Positions 42,163-55,925 of a stretch of DNA of 64,000 nucleotides are shown here, one piece after another. The DNA is from Marsupella aquatica. Taxonomy: Eukaryota; Plantae; Marchantiophyta. The position numbers and the translations under genes are program-made. The stretch is taken from assembly GCA_973895155.1 (NCBI GenBank), contig OZ316891.1:25977899-26041898 (forward strand). The letters run 5' to 3'. The notes under the pieces are model-generated. The model searched no databases. It had not been told where the DNA came from and saw nothing but the letters and a program-made list of their open reading frames with translations. Numbering within the stretch: position 1 is the first letter of the stretch; every line of letters starts with the position of its first letter.

Positions 42163-42445
42163 CTTTGTTGACTTCCAAATTGTTTCACTACATGGACTTT
42201 TGCAACAATAACACAAGGGAGGGAGGGAGGCACAGAGGGAGGGAGAAAGAGGAGAGGGGAGAGGAAAGGCTGGAGGGGAAAAGAACAAAAGGTTTGCCTC
42301 AACTTTGTTGACTTCCAAATTGTTTCACTACATGGACTTTTGCAACAATAACACAAGGGAGGGAGGGAGGCACAGAGGGAGGGAGAAAGAGGAGAGGGGA
42401 GAGGAAAGGCTGGAGGGGAAAAGAACAAAAGGTTTGCCTCAACTT
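42163..42445 (+). repeat. 140-bp tandem duplication, purine-rich, apparently exact
   Basis: ctttgttgacttccaaattg...ggtttgcctcaa at 42163 and 42303. Confidence 0.95.
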
Positions 42446-43240
42446 CACACCATGCAACCGGCATGCTGTTATTAAGCATATACTGACTCTTAGATCTAGA
42501 ATTGCTATGCAACCATAGGAATTAGTCTAATTGTGGTTAGGTGCTTGGTGTCAGGTCAGATGTGCTACAACTAGGACTTAGCAAGGTGAATCCTTACTTT
42601 TAAGGGTGCACTGCCCACAAATAAAAATGATGTTTTGACAATGCTTCAAAGAGGTTTGACCTTAAACCACCACTGGCCATATAAAAGGAGAAGTGTACAA
42701 GATTTCTCCCTTTTTCACTTGCTTTCTCCTCTAGAGTGAGACTTGGCTGGGGACTTGGCTCCACAATTGCAGGGAAAAGGTACAGGTTTTGTCATGGACA
42801 GTGGTTATTTAAGCTGTGCAGTAGGAACAGAGGGACAAGGCGGCTAACGAGACATGTTTCACTGCACTCATGGGGAAGGATTATGGCCTCCACCATGAAT
42901 CTACTAACCCCATACGCAGTGCATAGTTGGTGCCTCATTTCGCAGTAGTGAGGTAGATTTACGTACTAGCCACACCCAGGACACTCTCATCTCACATTAG
43001 CGGCCCAGCTATCTCGTGGTATAAAGATCGCTACCTGTCTGAATCAGATCGAAACGATTGCGCACCTGTTAGATCAGCTAATAGATCTCCCCTATTAGAA
43101 AGATGAATGGAAAATTGCTCCATACCGTTTGTGTTGAGATCCAAATTGCCTTGGAGCCTTTCAGGTAATTTTCTAGTAGATTGCACAGTGCTGTGTATGA
43201 TGGTGATGGTCACCTTCGAAAAACCATGAGACTTTTCTCT

Positions 43241-43367
43241 GGCATTCACTATCAGTCCACTTAATACACTGTGAACCCCAGGTCTGGGCATTCACTGTCA
43301 GTCCACTTAATACACTGTGAACCCCAGGTCTGGCATTCACTATCAGTCCACTTAATACAACTGTGAA
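43241..43367 (+). repeat. ~46-bp tandem repeat, ~2.7 copies
   Basis: ggcattcactRtcagtccacttaatacactgtgaaccccaggtct at 43241, ~43287 and ~43332. Confidence 0.9.
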
Positions 43368-44049
43368 TCTCAGGTAGACCCACAAGAGGTCAGGCATGTA
43401 AGTGATGACAAAGTAGAGGTGGACAGACCATGAGAAGTAACTCCGTCCAGCCATATAGCAAGGGATTTCCAAATCAAATGAGACTAGGAACAGGCAACAC
43501 CAGAAACAGATCTGGAAACATTTTCTCAACGACCAAAGCTGCAGAGCTTTGGGCGTCCAATAATGCAGGGTCGGGTCCTGGATGGCTTGAAGAAATGTGT
43601 GATATGAATCCTTTATTATGTCTCAAAATCAGCTACTCGTATAAGACGCTGACTTGAAAAGGATGGTCGGCAACAGCCGAGTCTATCCAACCGTGTCAAA
43701 TGTGAGATTGAGGTTATCTTATCTAGACACAGTACATGCGTATTTAGCATCCCTTGAGAAACCTCAGGAAAAGCTTAGTTTGATTTGTTCTGGCTTCAAT
43801 TCACAACTGATGTGAGCTTTTCATGCTACGAATGAATGATCATTCTCTTAGCCTGAGCTCAGAAAAAATCATCGAAGAAAACGGAATCCTGACTCACTGA
43901 ATTGCCATTACATTGCAGACGTTTCAAATAAAAATCATTACTCTTGACGCATTCAACAGAAAAAAATTACATTCCCAAAAGTCAAGAGGGATGACTATGA
44001 GAGAACAATTTCTGCAATTCTGAACAATTTCTGCAATTCTGACTCGACT

Positions 44050-47000
44050 TCACCAGCAGTTCCATTTTTTCTGCACCACCAAGACACTAGTCAGTAATCA
44101 ATTCACGGAGAAATAGTCTGGAAGACCGAATGAGCACTTGTAAGAGGTGAAGTGCCGAATTTTTCAACCCAAAAGCACCCAGCAATTGTACACTGGGCTT
44201 TTCAAACATTTTCAAGACCAAGTAGAAAGAAACTGAAGCCTTCCAGCAGAGTTTCCACCTTTCATAAGACAATTCATTATGGGCAACAGACATGATGGGG
44301 AGCGGGCATCAAGGCTTAAAATAAACGTAATAAACATTGGCCTCACCCCCCATTTCGTCTCCGTCATATGTTCCAACAACTTGCATAACTCTTCCTGTTT
44401 TGATAACATCGACCGCAAAACCTGGAAACCCACAAACTTGTTATTACCATTTGAATGCATACAATTTACTACAGACGGGAAGTTTACCACAAAAATGCTC
44501 CAGTAATTAAGAGCTCATTCCGCATTGGAAGTCAAGATTTTCTCTGCAATTATGGTTCATTATAGCCCTACCTTTTTCGAAAAACATTAACCACCAACTT
44601 GCAACTTATCTGCTGTATGTGCAAAAGACGCTCTTGCAACTCACTTTTTTTGTCTCTGCCAGTTCATCCTCGAGGCATTTGAGTCTCTCTGCAGCACGAT
44701 CTTGTGTTGTGGTCATTGCTGGACCAGGCTCAGCTGTTTTGGCTAGCTTACCGACCTCTGACTCCAGTTTCTCGATGCGATTTTGTATTGATACACCAGG
44801 GAACTCTACAGTGCTAGGAGGACGATTCAATGGTTTCGAAGGGTAAGGCTTGCTCTCAAGTTGATCCTGTTGATCTTTTGACATGAATTCATCATCACTC
44901 TCGTCTGCCCATAGTAAGCTCTCCGTAAGTCGGTAAGGAAAAGTAACAACGCTTAAGCCGAAACCCGCAAAGCTTGATATGTACTGCACTATCTGTAAAG
45001 AAAGGGTTCGACGATCCTCATTGTCTCCACTATCATCGCGAGCATTGCCTGCAACATATTCCACCATATTAATTTGACCAAAATACTGTGTTGTTCAACA
45101 AATACTAGTTAAGACTCCGCAAAAGCGCTATACGATGAGATTTACGTCACAGCCATCTTCAACAAAGAGAAAATCTTACCAGTGCAATGGTTTGAAATAC
45201 TTTGGACTCTACGACTGGAGTCTCGATTTCCAATTCTGTCCACAACCTTGTCTACCATCGGAACATTCTCTACACCACCTCCATTCTGCATTCCACATCA
45301 TCGCGCAATATTTAGACCCACTTTCCAGCTTGACTCCGTAGTAAGTGTGAACCTCTAAAGACTTAAAGAAACTCTAAAACATCACAAGCGCCAGAAGTTT
45401 AACCTCTCACTGCAGTCGCGGCTTCCTACGGCACTATTATTAGAATCCATGGATAATATACTCGACAGCTAAACAATATCCTTACTGAAGCCAGGATACG
45501 TTACTTCAATCCATACTTCCTGACCACGTATTCCACCTCTACAGGAACCGAAGACTTCTACTTAAACACATGATCAGATTGTGATTATAACAACCAAATT
45601 GTAGAAATCCACCTTCCTGTATTTCAGATTGTTATTTGCAGTGAAATGGCCGGAAGAACATCAAGCCTATTACCAGACTAAATCTGAAGGCATATTACCA
45701 CGAACTTCACTGTTGCAATCCTCAGTTTCTTCGAGTGCCGTACCAAGATGGATGAGATCCGAGGGACAGATAGGGGCCCACAATTGAACCAAGGAACAAA
45801 ATATTTTGAGATGAATCTTCCTCTATCTATGGTCTCACCTCTTCATGTACAGGAGTCATCCTTTGCCTGTCTGATCGACCCGCACCACTAGGTGTTGAGA
45901 CATCCTCAAAATCTGAACCTGATTCGGCTGTGCTAGAGTCATAACCCTAACTCAAAACAAAAGAAATTATAACGTTTATCAGCTTGCGGCCAGATTTCCA
46001 TTACATGTCTCAAGCAGCCGTCAAAATCACAGAAAGATCAGGCCCATAGTGAACGGCTGACTGCTGGAAACGAGTGGAGTGTGCACGTAGATATCACCTT
46101 GTGCTGCTGCTGTGAATTCGAAGACTCTTCTCCGCAAGAAGAAGTGGGGACTAGTTTTGGTAAAGACCTGGCATGCCTTGCCATAATTGCCTGCATCGTG
46201 GAGAGTAAACATCCTCGATTATAAACATAACCAGTCGTTCTGAACCCGAAGAAAGGGTTAATATCCTCGACTTAGAACACACCCAGTAACACTTGAGGAC
46301 AAGATATGCGCACCACTGAAATATACCTTCAAGATAGCAGGATCCTTCCAGGGACCTTTGTCAGACCGCAAGCATCCACCCTCTTCAGCACAAGTACATG
46401 TTCCACCCAAGAACTCTGGGAGCTGGCTGCAATTTTAAACATCCTAAAAGATCAAACACGGCTCAACCATTCACTTCTAGGAGCCATTCTGGCACTAAAT
46501 TTTTATTGCTACTAGCAGAGAGCACTCAACTACTTCACCAAAAAACTCTACAATGTTCAGAATAAAAAGGGCAACTGCACGCACCTGGCATCAATTACTT
46601 CCAGAAGTTTGCTTTGATATTTATTACCAAGTACCTACAAACCTAGGCAACGGAAGTCAGAGTGAAACCCTGCACAAAAAACGATAGACTGAGAGTGTGT
46701 GTAGCAAATCTATGTACGGCCAAAAAATGTATGAGGAATGATGCCACTCACATGAATCTTTGATGTGGTCTTGGGATCTATGAAGGTTTTAATAGTGTTC
46801 CAGAGAAGCTTAAAACCAGGACCGGCATTGATGATAAACAATCGGTGTAATGTCTAAACAACCACCAAAGACAATCTGTCAGTTCCATCAAATTGAGTAT
46901 TTGCAACTCTTTATTACAATATACAAAGAACGCTTCTTCCGTATCTCGCTGAGAAGCTGAAAAGCTAGGAATAGGTAGACATTTGGAGGCTTCTAAACTC

Positions 47001-49844
47001 CCTCAAAACGGTACATCTAATTTTCTTGACTTGCGGCTTGTGGGTGAAATATGGAATGACCTCTAATTAGCAATATCAACTGTTACCTCTGGATAATTGT
47101 CATTGTCGATCTTCTGTATACCAATGATGAGGTCCCTTGCCGATTTGCAAAAATTCTTCATGCCCTGAACATCAATTGCAAGATATTGAGTTCCAACGTT
47201 GACAACCTCGTCAGGCAAATTTGGACATCGCACGTCCCATCAAAATCACCAGCCAGTCTCTCCTTCGCTTCCAATTTTAGGGTTTCACAGAAGGCAAAAT
47301 ACCCAAACAGCGTACGAGAGCACTGCTAGTCCTCTCAAAGTACACATACCACGCCTGCGACGTCCAGGATGGTCGTTGTGCAGTCAATATGTTTCCTCGC
47401 AGCTATAGAAGCCGCAGGGAACTTCCAATGCAGCGTCCTCTCGAACTCTAGAACGTGATACCTTAAATATCTCTCCAGACTCGTGACCTGCATAAGTTTT
47501 ACTGCATCCACTTTTCCTATCCTCTCAATGTAGATAGGTTGTCCATCCTTGTCCACACCGTGGTGCCCTTGTGGATATAATGACCTTACTGCTTCTATTT
47601 CTTTATAATCGTAGTCCTGCATATCAACGATGGCGTAACCAGAAGCAGGTTAGGCCATTAGCATCTTCGGGAAGTACATCGACATGTTTAGACATACGAT
47701 ACCACCAATCCCCCAAAAAACACAAACTCCCCTGTTTATGCGACCTCACCGCCAACACCAAGCTTCACTCTGCTCTGGCATACTGACAGCAGTACAGAAT
47801 GAGAAACAAGCTATTGTGATCCTCCTCACCTCTTCTATGGTATCGGCACCGAACTCTTTTCGCCATGTCAAGGTATTCTCCCACATCTCCTTTGCTTTCT
47901 CTCTGTCATATTTTCGAGCCCGCAAGAACCTGAAACAATTTGCCATCCAAAGTGAGACTCTTCATGCTGTTAAACCGCCCGCGGACATGGGTCAGGTAGT
48001 GGAAAATTGAGAATGGAGTCGGAGTAATACTTCACCGTCGCCATAAGCATAGCTACAACGACCACATTCCTTCCTGGTGCGACCGTTTACTAACCTGGCT
48101 GCAGCAGTCAGATGAAGCCAATCTAATATATCCAGCCTATCGACATCCATTCATCTGATTGTCCGTAGTTTCCACTAACAGTGAAGTAACAGAAATCGAC
48201 CTTCAGGACAGATTGTATTAGCGTCGGGCGATTGTCACGTGATGTCTAAAACTACATCACAAGCGCTCAACCACCAGGCACGAGGCCCACGACGTAATTC
48301 TTGTTCTTCAAGACAACAGATGAATCGGCCAAATATATACCGACGGTGTCACTCCCAAGAAGAGCGACGACCTATACCAATTGAGCAGAAATTGAAATCG
48401 CGACGCATCCTTAATTACTTTTGTGGTTTCGGTTGGCTCCCAATACCTGTTTCGTTACCCGACGCGAATGATCACAACGACTTACAATGATTCAGATTTG
48501 GAATTAGATCTGCAACAGGGCATGGTAGTTATATGGAAGCAGCGTATACGCACCGCAAGAGAACGTGATAGTCATCGTGCCGAGCTGGAAGCAAGTTTTC
48601 TGATAGCAGCAGGTTCCGGAAATCATCAACAGCCTTTTGGTCTTCCTCGTTCCTCTCATCACTTACATGGATGGAGAAGGACTTACTGGCTAGCCTACTT
48701 TTTCTCCTTTTCAAGCTCGCTCTAAAATTTGTTGCTGAAACTATAGTCTTGAAGGCACTCTTGGTCTTATTGTTGCCCTTTTCCTCAAATTCTGTCTTGC
48801 CGCTATCCTGTCTTCTCGTTGCTCTTCCATTGCGTGACGTGGATGGAGAATTGGCTTCAGACCCTGCAGATCATGCCATGAACTTGTAAGGAGCATGTTA
48901 GTAAAAAGCTCGTGACCATAGGACCAAGTGCAACACAGAGAATTATCAACTGCATGGCCCCGGTAATAATTGAAGATGGTATAAATTAGCAGCTACTTCC
49001 AAGATGCACACATCATAACCATCGCCTGACCGGACTACAGATGAAAGTCAGAATTCATCGCGTTCTGAAGGACAATCCAAGGATATTGCGAGACTGCTGT
49101 TCATCGCGTCCATTAATGACCCAAATAGAGATAATGAGCACGTATGGGCACGCATGAGCCAGACGCTCCTTTAGAATATATCATTTCTAGAGTGCTGAGA
49201 TGTCAACGACAAATTCTTCCTCCTCATATCTGGAAATAAATCGCCTTCGAAAAGCCAATCCAAATCCTTAATACAGACCAGAGACTTGCACCATCATGTT
49301 TTCCAGCAATGAAAAGCCATGTATCGGCCGATTCTCCCAGGCGTCTGGATTGGGGAGCCCTCGAGGATCACAGAATTAAGGAATACGAGTCTCAAGAGAA
49401 GTCCCCGCAGTTTACATGCACAGGATCTCTCATGGTGTAAAGTGCGAGGTTTCACGTCGTGCGTAGTCAGCCATCCGAAAGATCCTACGACCTGAACGGG
49501 ATCCCAAGCTCATTTGAAAGACGGACTAGAAGGCTGACAGAGTCATACGTGGAACAGGGGTACATGTGACCGGAATCAGGGAGCAGCCACAATCCGTGGG
49601 ATCCATTAACAAGACCGCAATGTACTGCAGAAATTAGCAGGAAATGCGGATTACAAGATTATCTTCGTGCACGTTATATAGTCGGGAAAGTTTTAATGTC
49701 TCGTGACGCTGCTTTTGATCCTTTTTACAATTACTCGACCGTCTTCCTGATGCCAAGGAGCAATCAGGACCAGGAGGAGGGGCAGTAAGCACACCCCCAG
49801 AATACGGCCGAACAAAGAGCACACAGACCTGGTGAAGAATTCAT
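44050..49844 (-). CDS. SFH: Sec14-nodulin phosphatidylinositol transfer protein (SFH family), ~609 aa
   Basis: Exons 49844-49829 (tentative first exon, MNSSP), 48863-48554, 47929-47830, 47616-47350, 47164-47087, 46853-46752, 46634-46585, 46426-46327, 46190-46098, 45946-45839, 45285-45180, 45048-44645, 44421-44347, 44070-44050, all in phase. Motifs [63 protein letters not shown], a coiled coil ending ELAETKK, and C-terminal KKWNCW. Confidence 0.92.
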
Positions 49845-51084
49845 GGTTGCCCTTGCGTTGTCGAGGTTTCAACCACAACGCCCCTAGTGCTGCATCCTCT
49901 TCCAATTAAACATCCCTCTTTCGCTTCCGCCAATGTAACAATAAAACACTCTCCCAACGCTTGGTACCCTCTCTTGCTGCCTTCAACCTGCTTTGACTCC
50001 AGAAGAAAATGCGGTAGGTGTCATTCAGACCTCTTGCGCTCCAGAACGAAACACTAAACTTGACTACCGCTACAGAATAAGTGACAATGTTAAATCTAGG
50101 AGCATGCAGCTTGTCTAACTGCCTTCACAACTCGGCTCCGCCATGCCAAGAACAAATGTCAACCCTAGCTGGAAAGATTTGCCCCGAAAGTCGCAAGAGT
50201 GTATCCAGACTTCACACTATCTACTCAGCAAAGATTTCTCTCCAAACTTCACAAGAAAATGATCGAACACTTTCTAACTTCCAACGTTTGATTCATAACA
50301 CAACAAGAGCGTCTTGCACATCTCCGAACTGAAACGACCAGGTCAAAGAGCCGACAGCAAGGCTGGCCTATCTATCCGAGACCACCACCACACGCCGATC
50401 CTCCTCCGGACAAAACTCTTCACTGAAAAACAGGCATGTAAAATCCGGGATGCCACAAAAATGTTGCTGAAGAAAGAAACTGTTCCGGTACCTCTATAAT
50501 TATCCACTTCCGGACTATCTGCTGCATTGCCTTTCCCCTAACGCACCGGATGTGCCGTTGCCGCAGCGCGGTGACACCGAAGATAAAATTTTCCAAACCA
50601 ATAAACGGAGGGAACAGAACTGGCCGAATCACAGGTCACTCTTATGATGAATCGAATTGCAACGACTCCGACTCGAGTCCGCCTGTCCCATCCCACGACC
50701 TCCGGTGACGCCAGCCAAAATGTGCCGCGACCACGAGGAACAAGAAGAAGACAAACGCACAGCTCAAAACTCGAAGCAAAAACCGATCGGAACGACGTTT
50801 TTCACTCAATTAAATAACTCCCGACCGATGTGACTCACTCCAGCACTAGCAGCGAAGCAAATTCATTGTAAATCAACCACGGGGAACCACATGCAGAGCG
50901 AAACCCCTCGACGCAATTGATAGAACCCCTCGACGCAATTGATAGAGATCGACCAATAGGCACTGAATCGGTCACAAGCTCCGAGTCATCGCCCGAACGA
51001 AAGTAATCCGTTTCTTTTAGTCTCTGTTCAATTTCCAGAGTGCACCTGTACTGTTCCTGCCTCCACTGAAGCGATTTTCCCCGT

Positions 51085-51142
51085 TTGCTTCCGCTTTTGC
51101 TTCCGCCTTTTGCTTCCGCCTTTGCTTCTGCTTTTGCTTCCG
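51085..51142 (+). repeat. 12-bp tandem repeat (TTTGCTTCCGCY), ~5 copies, probably in the SFH 5' leader
   Basis: Read directly. A (GA)n tract at ~51300-51322 is CT-rich on the SFH sense strand, as is typical of plant 5' leaders. Confidence 0.8.
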
Positions 51143-52365
51143 CGTCACTGCACCAAGAACTGTCCGTGCCATCTCTTGGCCTCCATTCTTCACTGGCGTT
51201 CTTCACTAAAGCTTCTCGCAGCAGAAGAGCCGATCCGCCTCCCTCTGTTCTTCGTGTGCAGCTGAGCTTCGTTTGCATTGAATTGAATTGCATGAGAGCG
51301 AGAGAGAGAGAGAGAGAGAGAGAAGAAAGGAGAATTGCAATCGACGACGACGTATGCTGATGACAGGGCCAGCGAACAAATTAACAAAAGCAAGGAACAG
51401 TGTCTGTTGGGAACGTTGTCCGTTTACAAAACGTTAAAACACAGGAAAATCCAATACTTATTTCGCCTTACTCTACACTTTTGGCAAAATTGTCACTTCG
51501 GTAAAACTCGTTATGTGACCGACTACTCCACATCGCTCGTGTAGCTTGCTCCCTACTTAGAGCATCTCCAACGGGGTAATTGGAGAGTGATAGCAAAGAG
51601 GTGAAAAAATCACACTTCAAAGTTAGTCCCTAGCTAGCCAAAACCCCAGGTGATAACATCCATTTTGGGGATTTTTGGGACTACAGTAGCCATCTAGAGT
51701 CTCAAAATACACTAAAAATGTAACGGCAGCAAAAATCAAAAGAAATTAAAAACCACCAGTGACCCGCTAACAATGCTCTTTTGGCTATTTGGCTATTGAA
51801 ATTCCTGTTAGCATCACCTCATCTCCAACCCAATGGGATTTTGCTTACTAGGTACATTAAATATCCACTCTCATTTTTTCCAGTACATGTACCTATATAT
51901 CTTCCTGGATTATGCCCTGACCACTAAATGTCCTTAGATTTAAGGTTGGCTGTTAGATTTTGGCTAATGAGGTTTGAGAATAGGTGAAAATTTGGATAAT
52001 AGCCCCATCTTTGTTGCAACAGCTCTTTTGTGGGAATTGAACGACCTCTTTCATGCAACAACTTCTTTTACAATCATGACAATGTCATTTCCTTTGCGAC
52101 AATCATCTTTTATTTGCACAATTATTAGAACATTTTTTGGCAGGAATATCTTTTGTGTAGGTACAGCAACATCTTTTAGTTTGCCCAATGGCATCTTTGT
52201 TTTGTGCAACGCCACTTAGGTAGGGCACTTGAGCTACGTGAGGCAGATTCAGTGTGGGTGACATACACTGGGTACGCATGGTACGTGAGGCACATCTAGA
52301 CACATGCACTCTTAAATGTCTAGTGAGTTGCTTTATTCATCTGCATGTTAATCAAAATTATTGGG

Positions 52366-52469
52366 TGACTTAGATATAGGTATATTCTGGTTCGTTTGTT
52401 TTTAGGTGCATATTTTGACTTAGATATAGGTATATTCTGGTTTGTTTGTTTTTGGGTGCATATTTTGAC
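52366..52469 (+). repeat. 50-bp tandem duplication
   Basis: tgacttagatataggtatattctggttYgtttgtttttRggtgcatatttt at 52366 and 52416. Confidence 0.9.
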
Positions 52470-53021
52470 GTTACCTTGTTCAGGAGACTACTGAGGTTTT
52501 TGTCCTATTTGCAGTTTTTCTGTATTTTTGTTTATTATAATTGTGCCCGTAATTGTGCCTTAGACAAGGTGCATCTTTCTTGCTAACTAAGGGAATTTTT
52601 TGGGGCCCCATCTGAATGTTTTCAGAGCTATTCTCTCTATTCCACATCTGACAGGCATTTTTCTGTGTTTTGGGAAATTCAGCACAATTCCTAGAACTGA
52701 CCCACAAAACCTTGACATTGTCATATGAAATGCTTACTATAATAGCATAGCATTTTAATATTTTCATTGCATAGATAATATGTCAATATGCATTTGGCTA
52801 ATGGTAAATGTTTTCAATGGAATATTACTTAGTTTGGTATTTTGTCAGTGCAACCACCTCCATTCTCATTCAGCGTAGAAAAGGACTTGGGTACACTAGG
52901 TTAAGATGTATATAACCCAGGATTTAACCTCTTACAACTCCCTATTATAAACGGATTATTATGAGACAATGAGGTTTTAAGAGTATCCTGATACTTTAAA
53001 GTTCCTATGGCCATGATATAT

Positions 53022-53470
53022 AACTGAGCACAACTATCGTTGTGAAAAATTTAGCATTGACACAGCTTTGCCCTTGCCACAGCTGGCACCACATAAAGGC
53101 AAAACAAAAATAAGCAAACTAAGCATTACTTTGTGAAAAAATGTACCATTACTACAGCCACCTCCTTGTCACAGCTGGCACCACAAAACAAAAACAAACA
53201 GTATGCAAACTGAGTGTCGTTTGTGAAAAATGTATCATTAACACGGGCACCTCCTTGTTACAGCTGGGAACAAAAATTCATAAGTTATAGCCACCTCCTT
53301 CTCATAGCTGGCACCTAAGTAGGAAACAAAAAAATAGTGTGACCTGAGCATTGCTTTCCAATTGTTAAAATTGTACCATTGATACAGCCACCCTCCTTGC
53401 CACAGCTGGCCCCCATGAAACCCAACCACAGAAATTAAAGGTGTGCGAACTGAGTGTGGAAAATGCACCA
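53022..53470 (+). repeat. Degenerate ~90-bp tandem repeat, ~5 copies
   Basis: Recurring cagccacctccttg.cacagctggcacc...aaactgag...tgtgaaaaatgtaccat. Confidence 0.8.
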
Positions 53471-55925
53471 TAGGCAGGGCTCCAACGGTGGCCCTGTAAC
53501 GGCCCCAGCATTCGTTTGTTTGGCAGCCTCAATCAAGCAACGACAGCCCAACAATTCTGGAATCTCCAGCGTTCCCAGGAAATATCTTGATGAGAGTTGA
53601 GAACGGATGACCTTTTGAGTCTACCACATGAAGTGCACCTCTCCCCCATTGCGTCATCAAAATAATGCTTTGAATAGAATCATTCATATATTTAGATATG
53701 TCCCGAGATATGTCTGTTTACGTTACGTCACATCAAGCGACTCCACAATTATGAAGATTGAGCCGGCAAAGACATGTAAAGCCGATGCTCGTTGGTCAAT
53801 GTGACAGTGATTGCATCGAATCATCACCGATTCTCGAATTAATTTTGATGTAACAATTATTTTCATTCTGAAAAGATGCACAATGAGGGGCACGATAGTT
53901 CTCATTTAATATAGAGTGACAAAGATCGATCACCTGCCACAACTGGATCATCACACACATACGTATGGCATCTATATAACTAATCGCAAACACATTTAAG
54001 CTAGAGTTGGGGAGTAGATTTTTAGAGTGAAGTCTCTAGACTCTAGACCTTAGAAGGCACTCACACAAGCACCACACAAGCACCACAAATACACAGAACC
54101 CATTCAAGGGTAGCTGGGCACCAATGCCAAATGAAGAATATCATTTGAACATCTTTCATGTCTTCAATTTTACGAGGGCTTGGGTGGTCTACGATCTTCT
54201 GTCAAGGCCCTGGGAGACCCTGGCCACTTTATTATTTTACTGCCACCGGGCCCTTAGGTGTGCGGGAAGCGGGATAGCCGAACGTTGCACCATCGTGCTG
54301 TCTTTTCACTTTTCGAGAGGACCACCTGACGTAATGTGCGGGACGTGTGGACGCCTGATTCCCTCCGAGCTTCATTGAAGAAGAAAGCAAGGTTTTTGGT
54401 ATCTAAACTCGGGGGGTGGGCGACAGACCTGGTCACAAGGACCCCGAAGCTGCGGCTCGCAAACAAGGCGAGTCGGCAAGAGTACCTTTTCTGCAATCCC
54501 ATATCTTCCAATCGGCATTCCTCGATACGACGGTCCATCGATCGAATCTCCAAACTTACTCCACAGGTGACCAGTGTGTAGTCGGGAGCTGCTCCCCACT
54601 ACTGCCATTGGCTGCGGGCTATAGAATTATTTTCTCCCTCATTGAGGAGTCAGTCCCATTCTTATGTCCTACTGATGAGTTTATATACGCGGCGACTGTG
54701 CTGAGACATTGGAGAGGGGAGGCTTCAACTGTCAGCCACTAACCAATCAACAACGACTGTGGTTCTGGACCAGCTTGCATGACATTATAGGCAATCCTGC
54801 AGAAAACCCAGGTGTGACACGTCCAGTCTAGAGAAGGCAAACCTGCACTAAATTAGGTGACACTTTAACGAGTCCAGAGCAGTGACTCGTTGACACCTCT
54901 CACTGGCCGGCTTGAAACTGTGTGAGAGCTGCACCGTAGCACTACATTGCGAAAACGATAATCAACGAAATGCAAATGGGGATAATCACTCAGGTCATTT
55001 CTCATTGCAGCGGTGACCAAATTGTGAAACTCACATCGGAGAATTGAATGCCAATCTCGTGACGAGAAAGTTCAATGCCTTGCTAGACTTGTCTTCATTC
55101 GATCCATGTTTTTATTTGTAAGTCAACAGGTGAATCAAAGATATGTGCATCTTGATTAGGGTATTGACTAAGAAACTTTCGTACAAATCTCAACGAACCA
55201 GTCAGCGATCTCTTAAGTAGTCCATCTTAAAGCTAGTAAGTTTGATCACTAAGTCTGACATGCTGAAAGCCCATCAATACATATGTAAATAGGTGTAAAA
55301 AAGCATGTAAGCGTGAAAGTTACATATCAATTATGTGAGTGCAAAAACTAAAGCAAGCAGGATTCCATCAGACATATGTGTGCTGTTAAGTCAGGCACCT
55401 TAGAGCAACCTTTTTTTGCGGTTTTGCCTACCTTGCCACCTGATAAGGGGCTCAGGAGAATTAGAGCTAGAGAACAGTAGCCATAGCTATTGGCTTGATC
55501 CAATCCAAAAAATTGGGAACATCCTACTATTTAGAACAATTAATACAGAGAATGTACTCATTATTGCTCCTCCATGTTTTAGAGTTCTGCAGTTTTTCAT
55601 ATATATTCGTACAGTGTAGTCAAAAGTGCACATTGCCCGTTGCTCACTGATTCAAAAGTGGCTGCCTGCATCTGGACATAGTGGAAGTGGGCCACCTGCC
55701 ATGCAACAAAAAAAATTCGGGTAAACATGGGAGCTTGTTTTCAATCCTGAAATGGCGCGGCCTAAAGGTGAGGGAAAAAGCACATCATGCAACTTTTTAC
55801 AGGAGGTCGAAATTATTAGAGCTGCTTGACATGCAACTTACTTTGCTCGATTGCAGTGAACAATGTCCCATATATATGCTCGATGCCCTTGATGCTTCCA
55901 TTTCAATAAAAAAAGGCCAAATCAA

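Noticed and set aside
51558-51575. TTA + GAGCATCTCCAAC, resembling a Tourist/PIF-Harbinger terminus
   Set aside because: No convincing partner TIR or second TSD found.
54440-54500. RVGKSTF P-loop-like peptide
   Set aside because: Gx4GKS spacing is wrong and the frame is short, with no other NTPase motifs.
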